Source: a virus. From it: 64,000 nt of DNA. The stretch is taken from IMG/VR virus record IMGVR_UViG_3300044730_001822, positions 1-64,000 of that record; one strand, written 5' to 3'. Both the position numbers and the translations under genes were made by a program. Below the pieces are notes generated by a model. The model ran no database searches and was not told the origin of the DNA. It worked only from the letters and a program-made list of their open reading frames with translations. Shown in pieces: positions 37,731 through 47,639 of the stretch. Position 1 is the first letter of the stretch; every line of letters begins with the position of its first letter.

Positions 37731-38912
37731 TTAGTTGCCGCCGCTGATTCTGGGTGTGTTGCTCTCGGGCACTTTACCAGAATTATTTCCCTTGGGTGGT
37801 GTGGCAAAATATCCTGTGCGATTACGATCTATCGCAGGAATTTGTGTCTTGATGGCTGTTTCTACACCTTGACTTAAAACTTGAGATGCAGTTTGATTTA
37901 CTTCTTGTTTGGCAATAGATTTAAGATTCTTACCTTTGAATGTCTGCGATGCTCTTACTGCAGTCAATGCTGCACCAATGGGATTGCCTGCGGCAAGATC
38001 GTTGAGTATGCCTTGCCCAGCATCCAACAAGCCGCCCTTGCCCAGTATTGTTGCGTTACCTCCGGGTCTGGTAATAGCACTGGTCACTTGATCATAATCC
38101 TCTGTGCGTCCAAAGAATGGCGGTGCACCGGCCTTGGTAGAGCCATTGAGTGCGCCAGAATAGTATTTGACCAACTCATATTTGATTGTCATGGTATTCT
38201 GCATTGGCTGACCACCAGCAGAATAGTCATAGGTGTCATGCGCAAATTCAGTGATCATGGGATTGATCAAGGTGTATGCACTATAGTTGTGTTGATTGAA
38301 TCCAAAGATTGTAATATCATTGAAGAAGTTGGGATTAGTAGCCACCCCTGGTTGTGTATTCAATGGCGAACCGCGGCCTTCGCCTACCAAACCAAAGTCG
38401 CCAGTTTGTCGTTCACCAACATAGATGTCACTGGCATTGTAACTAAAGCCGGCAAATGTAGGATCCGACCCCGGACTGCCATCGCTGGCCGGTATGCCAT
38501 TGTAACTGTATTGACTGTCCTTGATATAGTATTGATAATATGCATACCACATCTGGCGTACTAGATCACTGTTGTCATCGTGAAAAGTGATCTGTACAGG
38601 ATTGTAATTGATCTTGGTATTGGCATAGCGTTTGCGATTGTACTGATTGAGTTCTTCTACTTGGAATTGATAACTGGGCAGTTGCACACTTTTTACTGTT
38701 TTGCTGATAGTGCTGTTGGCTTCGCCTAGCAGTTGAAGTAGGCCTGGAATTTGCGTATTGATATTGAACACACAATGGAAAAGAAACTTGACCTTTGGCG
38801 CATATGCAAATGCGTTAGGTATGAATGTTTTGCTTGCGTGTTGATAGTCCTTGAGCTGAGGACCTGTGATCCCGCTCAAGAACCCTTTTATGAAGTCATT
38901 ACCGAAGGCCAT
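37731..38912 (-). CDS. Tail-tube-like baseplate junction protein (gp48/gp54-like)
   Basis: Tube-fold pattern KSVQLPSY...NQYNRKR...Y.PVQITFHDD...NPMITEF..D.YDYS; follows the tube gene. Confidence 0.65.
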   Translation of the reverse strand: MAFGNDFIKGFLSGITGPQLKDYQHASKTFIPNAFAYAPKVKFLFHCVFNINTQIPGLLQLLGEANSTISKTVKSVQLPSYQFQVEELNQYNRKRYANTKINYNPVQITFHDDNSDLVRQMWYAYYQYYIKDSQYSYNGIPASDGSPGSDPTFAGFSYNASDIYVGERQTGDFGLVGEGRGSPLNTQPGVATNPNFFNDITIFGFNQHNYSAYTLINPMITEFAHDTYDYSAGGQPMQNTMTIKYELVKYYSGALNGSTKAGAPPFFGRTEDYDQVTSAITRPGGNATILGKGGLLDAGQGILNDLAAGNPIGAALTAVRASQTFKGKNLKSIAKQEVNQTASQVLSQGVETAIKTQIPAIDRNRTGYFATPPKGNNSGKVPESNTPRISGGN

Positions 38913-38926
38913 CAAGCCCTCCTAGA

Positions 38927-39586
38927 TTAGCCGCCAGTTTGACCTGCGCCAGTGATTGAACCAAGAGCCCTGCTTACTGCTCCACCCAAGGCCTGTCCAA
39001 CTCCACCACCACTGGTAGGATCGGTACCCTGCAGTGCATTATCAAATCTAATGCTCAATGCGATTGTCACCGGCTCACTGGAACCATAGTTTAGATCATT
39101 GTAGTTGGCGCTGGCTAGATAGCAACCTAAAAGATTCCAGGTTTCTAATACCACTGGTTCGATAGCACCATTGCCACCGTCTAGCATTTCGCACTGCATG
39201 GAAAACTTGTAGTTTACACCTGCTGTGGCACTGGCTTGCTCATAGAAATCCAATTGTTTCTGTAATTGCTCACCCACCAACTTTGTCACAGAACCCGAAG
39301 CATCATCGCGAACGTTTAATGTTGTTGCTTCCCATGAATGTTTACCAGCTAGATAAATTTTGCTGTTGTAGATATCGATGGGAATTTCGTCAAACGACAC
39401 ACTGGGTCTAGCAAAATCAATAACCTGTTTGGTTAATTCTGTAGTTTCTGTGCTGACACCAAAGCCGTAGAGTAGTACGCGGAATCGGTACTTGAGCTTG
39501 GGCATCAACAGGCCTTGATTACCTTGACCTTCAATAGGTACTGTTAGGTTCTGCAAGCTCTGTACGGTCTGTGATGAAAGTGGCAT
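38927..39586 (-). CDS. gp19: Tail tube protein
   Basis: PKLKYRFRV, RPSVSF, Y.AGKHSW, W.L.GCY....NY..LNY; follows the sheath gene. Confidence 0.88.
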   Translation of the reverse strand: MPLSSQTVQSLQNLTVPIEGQGNQGLLMPKLKYRFRVLLYGFGVSTETTELTKQVIDFARPSVSFDEIPIDIYNSKIYLAGKHSWEATTLNVRDDASGSVTKLVGEQLQKQLDFYEQASATAGVNYKFSMQCEMLDGGNGAIEPVVLETWNLLGCYLASANYNDLNYGSSEPVTIALSIRFDNALQGTDPTSGGGVGQALGGAVSRALGSITGAGQTGG

Positions 39587-39653
39587 TTCTGTTTCTCCTG
39601 TTACTGTTATTTAGCCCTGGGTTGGGAAGCTAAAATAAGGGTCTCCCCTTATT

Positions 39654-42600
39654 TTACCCGGCTGTTATCTCTCCTGTGTTCTTGACACGGATTGGTATGT
39701 AGATAAATTCAACTGTTTTAACTGGCTCAACAGCAATATCAACCAGCAGTTCGTTGCGATCCACGCGGTCAGGTGGATTGTTTGATTCGTCGCACACTGC
39801 CAAGTAATCATAAAGACCACGTTTTGCTACCAAATCATTCAATATTGTTGTCACTGTGGCCAAGACCTGATTGCGTGTGAATGCATCATTGGGCTCAAAC
39901 AAGTAGGGTTGTACTGCTGTGGCCAACTGTGTACGAAGATAAACTATCAAACGTGCCACGTTCACACGATTCAGTGCCGATCCTACATTGTAACGTGTCT
40001 TCTGACCATAGGCAGTGATGCCTGTGCCGGGAATAAACGTAATAGGATTGATAGCGTTGTCATACAAGATGTCACGCAGGTCACGGCCCATGTTGGTCTG
40101 TGTAAACTCTCCAGTCTGACCATTGATATAACCAATACGTGCTGCGTTGTCTATGACACCGCGACGTGTACCAGCAGGAGCAAACCACGGATAGCTGGCT
40201 TCGTCTGAACGCACATATGTACGCAACATCATGTGGCTAGGCGGTTGTACCACCACAGCACCATTGACGTTATTGGTCTGGCAAGAAGGATAGTATGTGG
40301 CCACATAAGGATCACCTGTGGTTACATAATCTTCTGGCAGAACTTGTGCGCCGGCCAAATCGTTGGTAGCATAGGCCTGCAAGGGCTGGCTCAACGCTGG
40401 CAGTCTCATGGGTGTATCACCAATGATAAATGCTGTGTTGCTGCGATCATTGTTCAGCACCACCAAGTTCTGGATCAACTCTGGATACTGTGGACAGGCC
40501 AGCAAGTTGAAAATACGTGCATCTTCGCGAGCTTCTGAACTTACATCAATAGCAGCACGCAGAGCCTGTACAATCAAAGCACGCTGTGCTTTACGTCCGG
40601 CATACATAGCACCATTGTCACGAAGACCCGATGCTGTGACCCAGGTATATGAATACGTAGGCAAAGTCAGATCAGGATAGTTCTGTGATGTAAACAAGTT
40701 TGTGGTAAACTGTTTGACATTAAAGCCCGAACGACGCATATTCCAAAGTAGTATTCCTTCAGGATATAGATCAGGATCAGGTGCATCCAAATCCAAGTAG
40801 TCACTGTACAACAGGCTTTCGATAGTGGGTATGGGATCGTTTACCGGATCCACTGTGCCCGAACTAGCCCAACGTGCGTCAGCAAACGCAATACCGTTTT
40901 GACTGGTCTGATCAGCATTGTCAATCAACACCCACTGATAATCACCGGGTGCTACTTCTTCGTAACGTTTGATAATAGGATAGTTATCAAGATCGCTGGT
41001 ATCAATCCACAACTGTCCTACTTGATCAGTGATTTGTATTTCACTGTTATTCACTATCATGGTAGTGGGCTCTGTGGGACTGATGATAGGACCTGCATCA
41101 TTTAATCCTGTGCTGAGGTTGTAACCACGGATGTCTGCAGTTACATTATAATAACCTTTCCATTGTCCGCCATCTTTGATCATGATGTCAACTTGATCTG
41201 CAGCAGAGTAGTACCAGTACGTGCCATTGTCGGGCAAGCGATCTGGTGCTGTGGGCTGGAAGTAAACTTCAGTGCCAAGCGCCCAGGTGCTGCCGTCGAC
41301 CCAGTTACTGAGTTCAGTGACATCGCCATCTCCGCCTAACCCGGCTGAACCAAAATAATAGTTGGTTTTGGCATTGACCGTGACAGTGGTGGCCACACCA
41401 TCGTTGGCAACAAAGCCAGCAGTGGTTATAATTCCTGTACTGCCAGCACCATCCTGCAGCAGTATACTACCGCCGTATTCATGTGTTAGAATGATATAAC
41501 CCTGTGCGTTTACCTCGGCCGACACACCGTCTAAGTTAGCACTAAACACTGCGGTAACAAAATCTTCAGCAGCGGTTCCATTTACTTCAACCTCTACTGG
41601 TGTGGCATAACTGCTACTGCCTTTAATTGTTGCAGAAATCCAGAATGTGCTGGGCGAAGAAAATTCTATGTCGTTGCTGATACCTTGCGCATTCGTTGGG
41701 CCCGAAGCATATCTTTGGAACAACTTCATGCCAACCAGTCCATTAAACACTGTGTTGGTACTGGGAGTAACTACAAAATCATTGGAGTCATCAGCAGGGT
41801 GGATCTGAGCATATGTAGCACCGGCAGCAATATTTCTTCCGCCGCCCGAAGGATCTAATGCTGCATTGACAGCTGCATCACTGACATACAACGGACAACT
41901 TTGCTGTACAAATTGTAATAAAGTTGAACTCCATTTGCTGAGAGTGAGATTTGTTCCATTGTTCACTGCTGTGGTTTTATTCCAAACAGATCCCGAAGGA
42001 CGCTGTGTGACCAAAGTGCTGGTCCAACGAGGAGGATTGGTGTGTGGACCTGCCTGTGTCACAGGAACATTATAAGTACCGGCTGTGATACCCAGCACGG
42101 TGAGCAATGAACTATATCCTGAAATAGTGATAGTTCCCAGAGCACCACCTGTGGGCTGTGCTGTGGAGTCGCCATAGATATTAAGACGATTGTTTAATGC
42201 GGCTGCACTAATACCTGTGATGCCAGCCGCAACAATGGCCTGGGCCAGGACTGTGAGTGTACTACCTTGTGCGTTGGGTGTCCATAGAGAATCAGGATCA
42301 CCTACGACCAATCCACCAGAGTCTCCGACTATCACGGCACTGGAAGTATTGTATCCACCAGTGATTGCTGAAATACTGGTCAATCCCGAAGCTACACCAA
42401 CTCCCCAGGTCAAACCATCAGATGACAGATAAACCTGTCCCGAAGAAGAAATAGCAACAAACTGACCTGCGTTGTAGGTAACATCCACTAGATTAACTGT
42501 TGAAGGTACAGCAGATGTTGTGACTTCAGCAAAGGCACCAGAAGCTAAAATATTACCTGTACCGTTATAGCGTACAATAGTTCCGCCATTGCCAACTGCA

Positions 42601-43988
42601 ACTACCACGTTGCCGTTGTTAAGAGCACAGGCCACAGCATTAAGCCCATTGGTAAATCCAGATACCGAAACGTTGGCTGTGCCGGCAAATGCATTAGGTG
42701 TATACAGTATCCTACCACTGGAACCAACTGTGACATACTGGCTGGTGCTGCCTATACGAGTGACATCGTACAAGGTGGCAGATGTAGCACCATTGGCACC
42801 GGCTGCTGAAAAAGTTATGACGCTGTCACCAGTAGATGGTGCCTGATATATGATACCATTGTCACCTACTGCTACCCAAGCATTGCTGCCGTTGTAAGTA
42901 ATACCACGGAATGCACCACCGGCGCTGATACTGGCTCTCACTGCCCAGGCTGTGGCATTGGCACCACCTGTGATAATATTTGCCACACCAGATGTGGAAC
43001 CAGCACCAACTGCTGCATATGCTGTGCCATCTGTGGCCACTGCAAATAGATTTCCTAGATATCCGTTGGTATTGGCTGCAGTCCAAGTGCCGTTGACGTT
43101 GGCCGAATTCACATAGTAAACTTCGTTGAGCGCGGCATTGGCTTCGCTGGTAGTTCCCACAGCTACATAGGTATTACTACCTGCACCGTAAGCAACATCT
43201 GTAAAATCTGCTACCACACCTAGATCAACTGTGCTGCCGTTGATGGTCAAGTATCCGTTGAGCGAAGTATTGACTGCGCTGGATTGTATTGTGGGCCAAA
43301 CTGCTTGCCAATCAGTGGAACCAACTTCAACCCACTGATTATAATTGGAATCTGTGCTAGGTATGGTATTGCCTGCTTTGTAGTACAGCGGTAAATCTGT
43401 GTTGGTTGCAACTATGGCATAATCGCCTATCATACCAACAGTATTTGCTGGTGCAACATTGGCACTGGTTAGATCTGAATCGGTAATAACTGTAGGCGTT
43501 TTTAATGTAAATGCTCCGGTTCCTGATCCAGCAGTGCTGTTCCATTCAAAGACACCAAATGTGCTGGCATCTGTGTCCAACCAATAGGTGTTGTTGGATG
43601 GATCGCCCAAGGGACGACTTAGACTGGCCGTTAATGCTGCCAAGTCAATGTTTGCACGCATCATGAATGCGCGGTTGCTGACGCCTAGCACTGAGTAGGC
43701 AGCCAACAAGCCATATTCGTTGAGTTCATAACCGTTGATGGGCGTACCAGCGGTGGTTGTGTAGAAGAATGGATTACCAAATGTGGTGGCCATATCACGC
43801 TGGCTGGTAATTAAATATACCTTGCCTGCGTTGACTTCCAGCGTACCTGCTGCTATGCCTGTACCTGTGCCAGAAATTTTGTTCTGGGCTGATGCAAAAA
43901 GTATGAAAGGTACGGTACCTGCTGCTGCGGGTAAGTATTGACTTTCATCTATGACTGTGACTTCGACGCCCGGTGAAATTAATGCCAT
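39654..43988 (-). CDS. gp18: Tail sheath protein with large insertions (1444 aa)
   Basis: MALISPGVEV..IDES N-terminus; C-terminal PWFAPAG..RG, INPI, YGQKT, RVNVARL, FEPND, VEFIYIPI. Confidence 0.93.
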   Translation of the reverse strand: MALISPGVEVTVIDESQYLPAAAGTVPFILFASAQNKISGTGTGIAAGTLEVNAGKVYLITSQRDMATTFGNPFFYTTTAGTPINGYELNEYGLLAAYSVLGVSNRAFMMRANIDLAALTASLSRPLGDPSNNTYWLDTDASTFGVFEWNSTAGSGTGAFTLKTPTVITDSDLTSANVAPANTVGMIGDYAIVATNTDLPLYYKAGNTIPSTDSNYNQWVEVGSTDWQAVWPTIQSSAVNTSLNGYLTINGSTVDLGVVADFTDVAYGAGSNTYVAVGTTSEANAALNEVYYVNSANVNGTWTAANTNGYLGNLFAVATDGTAYAAVGAGSTSGVANIITGGANATAWAVRASISAGGAFRGITYNGSNAWVAVGDNGIIYQAPSTGDSVITFSAAGANGATSATLYDVTRIGSTSQYVTVGSSGRILYTPNAFAGTANVSVSGFTNGLNAVACALNNGNVVVAVGNGGTIVRYNGTGNILASGAFAEVTTSAVPSTVNLVDVTYNAGQFVAISSSGQVYLSSDGLTWGVGVASGLTSISAITGGYNTSSAVIVGDSGGLVVGDPDSLWTPNAQGSTLTVLAQAIVAAGITGISAAALNNRLNIYGDSTAQPTGGALGTITISGYSSLLTVLGITAGTYNVPVTQAGPHTNPPRWTSTLVTQRPSGSVWNKTTAVNNGTNLTLSKWSSTLLQFVQQSCPLYVSDAAVNAALDPSGGGRNIAAGATYAQIHPADDSNDFVVTPSTNTVFNGLVGMKLFQRYASGPTNAQGISNDIEFSSPSTFWISATIKGSSSYATPVEVEVNGTAAEDFVTAVFSANLDGVSAEVNAQGYIILTHEYGGSILLQDGAGSTGIITTAGFVANDGVATTVTVNAKTNYYFGSAGLGGDGDVTELSNWVDGSTWALGTEVYFQPTAPDRLPDNGTYWYYSAADQVDIMIKDGGQWKGYYNVTADIRGYNLSTGLNDAGPIISPTEPTTMIVNNSEIQITDQVGQLWIDTSDLDNYPIIKRYEEVAPGDYQWVLIDNADQTSQNGIAFADARWASSGTVDPVNDPIPTIESLLYSDYLDLDAPDPDLYPEGILLWNMRRSGFNVKQFTTNLFTSQNYPDLTLPTYSYTWVTASGLRDNGAMYAGRKAQRALIVQALRAAIDVSSEAREDARIFNLLACPQYPELIQNLVVLNNDRSNTAFIIGDTPMRLPALSQPLQAYATNDLAGAQVLPEDYVTTGDPYVATYYPSCQTNNVNGAVVVQPPSHMMLRTYVRSDEASYPWFAPAGTRRGVIDNAARIGYINGQTGEFTQTNMGRDLRDILYDNAINPITFIPGTGITAYGQKTRYNVGSALNRVNVARLIVYLRTQLATAVQPYLFEPNDAFTRNQVLATVTTILNDLVAKRGLYDYLAVCDESNNPPDRVDRNELLVDIAVEPVKTVEFIYIPIRVKNTGEITAG

Positions 43989-44088
43989 GGTTTAGTTCCT
44001 TTATATCCAGTTGTAGATATTTATAAAGAACTGCGAAATCTGGCTGGTTATGGCGACCTACTAAGTAGGTTTTGCTGTAAATATGTGT

Positions 44089-44427
44089 ATGAGACCCTTG
44101 TGCAAAGCCTGCGAACGCAGGCCCAGAGCCATTGCTTACTATCGCAACGACAAGTGTGTGTATCGCAGCAGATGCACCGAATGTGAACGGCGGCACAAAA
44201 AAATTCCGCCACAGACACCACGCTGGTCTGCACAGGGCTACAAGTTGAAAAAAGCCTGTGACCTATGCGGGTTCCGTGCCAAAATAGCACGACAACTCAT
44301 GGTGTATCATTTGGATGGGAATTTGAACAACAGCCAATTGCATAATCTACGCACAGTGTGTCATAACTGTGCTGTAGAACTAAGCTGGGACAAGAGTGTC
44401 TGGCGCCGTGGTGACCACGTTGAGTAA
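44089..44427 (+). CDS. HNH endonuclease-like zinc-binding protein
   Basis: Three CxxC pairs and HLDGNLNN...NL..VCHNC; TAAATA 5 nt upstream. Confidence 0.75.
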   Translation: MRPLCKACERRPRAIAYYRNDKCVYRSRCTECERRHKKIPPQTPRWSAQGYKLKKACDLCGFRAKIARQLMVYHLDGNLNNSQLHNLRTVCHNCAVELSWDKSVWRRGDHVE

Positions 44428-45054
44428 CGCATCAATCTGGCTGTACAACTCATCCAGGGAGTTGTTGTTGTCAATCACATGATCAAAATCACTGCCAATC
44501 CAGGATGTTTCGCTGGGATGGATTTTGTAATCTTCCATTTTGGACTTGCTCAGCGCCCAGCCAATGAATCTAGGGCCAGCATTGACTGCTTCGGCGTGTC
44601 TGTACCATTCGGGATCAGGACCACGTTTCACACGAATTACCAAACCGTTCTGTTGCTTGATGGCGGCAATTTCATTGGGAAATCTGCAGTCACTGATAAC
44701 GATGTCGTCCTGGGATTTTGATAGTTTGTTTTCCACAGCAGCGATCCAGATATCATCGTGGAAGGCTCGGCGGCACACTTCTGTGCCCCAATACTGTAGT
44801 ATCCAACGCGGTGTTAGATGCGGTATGCCCAGTCTTTCTGCCCACCAGGTGTCCACACATTCGCGCCATTCTCTGCTGCTTTTGCTACGTCCTTCCAGCA
44901 TTTCCCTGTCCCAGCCAAACACAGCGGCCACTGCGTCTTTGAGGCTGTTGGCAAAGGATTCTCTGCGGAATTGATGTATGTTCACTAGATAGTCAGCGAT
45001 GGTGTCTTTGCCTGAGCCGATAAGACCACAGACACCAATGATTCTTTTGGACAT
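44380..45054 (-). CDS. Deoxynucleoside monophosphate kinase (T4 gp1-like)
   Basis: IIGVCGLIGSGKDT, SFA..LKD, TPR..LQ..GTE, ISDCRFPNE, HPSE. Confidence 0.9.
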   Translation of the reverse strand: MSKRIIGVCGLIGSGKDTIADYLVNIHQFRRESFANSLKDAVAAVFGWDREMLEGRSKSSREWRECVDTWWAERLGIPHLTPRWILQYWGTEVCRRAFHDDIWIAAVENKLSKSQDDIVISDCRFPNEIAAIKQQNGLVIRVKRGPDPEWYRHAEAVNAGPRFIGWALSKSKMEDYKIHPSETSWIGSDFDHVIDNNNSLDELYSQIDALLNVVTTAPDTLVPA

Positions 45055-45245
45055 TATCGCCCCCTGCCGCTGGTTCTGCGTACTTTGGAGCCACCAAAAC
45101 CCCGGGAGTTTTTAGGTCCCTTCGGCGGAGGCGGTGCCTTGGGCTTTGGTGACATGACTGGCGTTGTTGTGTGATCCACAGCAACGTTGGCATTGGCTGA
45201 TATACCAATGCGTTCAAATAATTTAGGAATTTTTTTCTCTACCAC
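45054..45245 (-). CDS. Small basic hypothetical protein
   Basis: GTG start with a GGGAGG SD, upstream TTGCAC-N17-TAAAAT, and TAATG coupling to the kinase. Confidence 0.55.
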   Translation of the reverse strand: MVEKKIPKLFERIGISANANVAVDHTTTPVMSPKPKAPPPPKGPKNSRGFGGSKVRRTSGRGR

Positions 45246-45324
45246 TGTTGCCTCCCTGCGTATATGTATTTTATAACATCTTTAGAGAGAGTGCAAATTT
45301 TTAGGCAAGAATATCTGAAGCAGT

Positions 45325-46083
45325 TTACCCTTGTACCCAGTAGTAAGGCTGGCTGCCATCCACGTACTTCTGTAGATCATCAATCAACTTGGCCATGTCT
45401 TCTTTGGCTTCGGCCTTGAGTTGTGCGCCATTCAGCGTGGTGCCACCGCCGGGTCCGGCAATGGAGTTGAATTTTTCACGAGCCTCGCCAATGATCTGTT
45501 TGCACACAGCATAGGTGTAGTCACGGATCCAAGGCAGTATGCGATAGTCGGTCAAGAGTTGTATTTCGGGACGCATCTGATCGCACCACAGCAGGATCAC
45601 TTCGCCTTCGCCCTTGGGATAGTTGATGATGTGCAGCACCTTGGTCACCGGATTGTAGGTGTAGTTGATGAATCCACCAAACATTCTAGCAGCCTGCTCT
45701 ACATATTGGGTATAAAAGTCGTAAGTGGCTAGACCGCCTGAATAGTTGAAATTCAGCAGGTATGTATTCATGATGGCACTGCTAAAGGGATCGAAACTTT
45801 GGCTGAAAGGACCTTGGGCAAAACCAATGGTACGGCGGAAGATCTGACGTACATTGTAGATCTCCTGCGGCAATGTGTAGTGTGTTAGATCGCTCTGCAG
45901 GGTGATAAAGTTATAGGCTTCTTCGTAGGCATTTTGAGCCCGTTGCCTGTAGGTCAATACTGCCTGTTCATAGGCCACTTCATAGTCCGGGGCGTTGAGT
46001 TCTACGTCAACCAAGTTGCCGCCCAGGCGGGTGTTTACATAGTCAAATACTTTGGATTTAAGATTGGTCAGTGTATCACTCAT
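45325..46083 (-). CDS. gp13: Neck protein (T4 gp13-like)
   Basis: LG...VDVEL, W..DY..A..K...GEAR.KF...AGPGGG..LNG..LK.EA. Confidence 0.88.
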   Translation of the reverse strand: MSDTLTNLKSKVFDYVNTRLGGNLVDVELNAPDYEVAYEQAVLTYRQRAQNAYEEAYNFITLQSDLTHYTLPQEIYNVRQIFRRTIGFAQGPFSQSFDPFSSAIMNTYLLNFNYSGGLATYDFYTQYVEQAARMFGGFINYTYNPVTKVLHIINYPKGEGEVILLWCDQMRPEIQLLTDYRILPWIRDYTYAVCKQIIGEAREKFNSIAGPGGGTTLNGAQLKAEAKEDMAKLIDDLQKYVDGSQPYYWVQG

Positions 46084-46116
46084 AAGAAAAGCCCTGTGCT
46101 GTATTTAGCACAGGGC
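46084..46116 (-). terminator. Terminator hairpin with a late promoter in its loop
   Basis: GCCCTGTGCT-AAATAC-AGCACAGGGC-TTTTCTT-ATG. Confidence 0.75.
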
Positions 46117-46136
46117 CGGGTGCTGTGAGTGTTAGT

Positions 46137-47291
46137 TTACCAGACTTTTAGGATTATGAGATTTTCGTTGAAACGCCCGTTGAGTTTGATTTCAGTGGCT
46201 TTGATTTCCTTGAAGTATTTGCGAGCCCCGGGTTTGCCACCAGCAAACAAGGCTTTGAGTTGATCTGCTGGTTTGCGCAGAGTTTTGCTCACGCTGAGGT
46301 TGGCATCAAAACCAATGATGGTGTTGTTTTTCACAGTCATTGAACCCACGTGCGAGTCGGCCACATAGTGCTGTAGTTTGCGCTTGGTGGTATCATAGGT
46401 GTAGAACTCTGTGCAGTCTGCCAGTTTGGTAGCAGGCTCGGAAGTGAGTTTCAATTCTGGGAATGCCTGTAGATATTTCAGTTTGCGCACAATCTGATCG
46501 GGCGTTTGCTTTTTCTTGGCCCTGGGTTTGCGTTCTACCTTTTTGATCTGTACATAACTGTCGCAATCGGCCACTACCAACTCGCAGAACTTCAGCATCT
46601 GCTTGAGTTCGTTTTTGCCCCAGCGGCTATAGCCTTCAACCAACTGAGCATCCTTGCCTTCCAGGGCTTCTGTGAGTTCTGCAACTTTGCTGGCAAAAGG
46701 ATCGCGAACCTGACTGATGTGCGTGGGCTGAACATTCATGCCACGTATGATGGTCATGGGCTTGTGGTTGTTCAAATTCAGTTTTACTTCTCCCGCTGTG
46801 CAGAAATCATCATACATGGCTTCTAATTCGCCAGCGGCTTCTATGGCCTTGTCACGCAGTCTATCCTGGATATTGGGCTTGATCACATCATCATCTTTGA
46901 CTTCTTTCTTTACCTGTTCTTTCAATGCCTTGAGTCTAGTGATTTCTGCGCTGACGTGCAGTTGCTCGTGCTCACTGAGTTGTAGGCCCACAGTGGTCAT
47001 GCGAGCCAGCCAGCCTGTCACGTGCTTGAATTCGTAGTCGCTGACACCCTTGATGCGTTTGGCTTCTGTGCCGCGCCCGTTGCGTTCTAGATAATCCAGC
47101 AGGAATTCTTTGCTGTCTTTGCGTTGGAAATTGTAGTTGTACCAATTGATGGCGTGGAGCACAGCAGATGAACGTTTGTCGGCTTCGGGCTGAGTGCGCC
47201 AGTCTGGCTCAGGTCCTACATTTTTAAGATCACCGTCCCGTGGTTTCAGGAGTTTTATGGCTGTGGTTTTTGCTGTGCTGGTTCTGACCAT
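46137..47291 (-). CDS. Hypothetical early protein (basic C-terminal domain)
   Basis: Long ORF with a GAGG SD before MVRTS; KTLRKP and NGRFN motifs. Confidence 0.75.
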   Translation of the reverse strand: MVRTSTAKTTAIKLLKPRDGDLKNVGPEPDWRTQPEADKRSSAVLHAINWYNYNFQRKDSKEFLLDYLERNGRGTEAKRIKGVSDYEFKHVTGWLARMTTVGLQLSEHEQLHVSAEITRLKALKEQVKKEVKDDDVIKPNIQDRLRDKAIEAAGELEAMYDDFCTAGEVKLNLNNHKPMTIIRGMNVQPTHISQVRDPFASKVAELTEALEGKDAQLVEGYSRWGKNELKQMLKFCELVVADCDSYVQIKKVERKPRAKKKQTPDQIVRKLKYLQAFPELKLTSEPATKLADCTEFYTYDTTKRKLQHYVADSHVGSMTVKNNTIIGFDANLSVSKTLRKPADQLKALFAGGKPGARKYFKEIKATEIKLNGRFNENLIILKVW

Positions 47292-47299
47292 GTATTGCC

Positions 47300-47569
47300 T
47301 CACTTTTTGCTTAATTTAGCCAAGAATATATGCTTTTCTAATTCTAACAGGTTTGTGTTTATTTGGTCAACCAATTCTTGATGTTTTGGTAAAACTCTGT
47401 GTAGCCTGCGCTGTTCCACTTCAATGTTGCTGAGTTCGGCGATCAAATGATCTATGGCTCTAATGATGCGATGCCCATCAGCGCCTTGCTCTAATCCGCG
47501 TAGATACTGTCGTAGCAGGGGTTCTACACTGTTCCAATCTTCTGCTTGTTTGATCACCAATTGTGTCAT
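47300..47569 (-). CDS. Small helical hypothetical protein
   Basis: Start MTQLV 6 nt after a -10 box. Confidence 0.65.
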   Translation of the reverse strand: MTQLVIKQAEDWNSVEPLLRQYLRGLEQGADGHRIIRAIDHLIAELSNIEVEQRRLHRVLPKHQELVDQINTNLLELEKHIFLAKLSKK

Positions 47570-47575
47570 AGCACC

Positions 47576-47604
47576 ATAATACACTAAAAAGAATATTTGG
47601 TCAA
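47576..47604 (-). promoter_or_regulatory. Sigma70 promoter (leaderless)
   Basis: TTGACC-N17-TATTAT-N6-ATG. Confidence 0.75.
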
Positions 47605-47626
47605 ATACTAGGCTACCAAAAAACCG

Positions 47627-47633
47627 CTAAATA
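47627..47633 (+). promoter_or_regulatory. Late promoter of the gp14 operon
   Basis: CTAAATA 6 nt upstream of ATG 47640. Confidence 0.7.
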
Positions 47634-47639
47634 CCTATT

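Noticed and set aside
44089-44427. The HNH gene as a mobile intron or homing element
   Set aside because: It does not interrupt a gene, has no flanking intron-like sequence and has its own late promoter; it was kept as an ordinary CDS.
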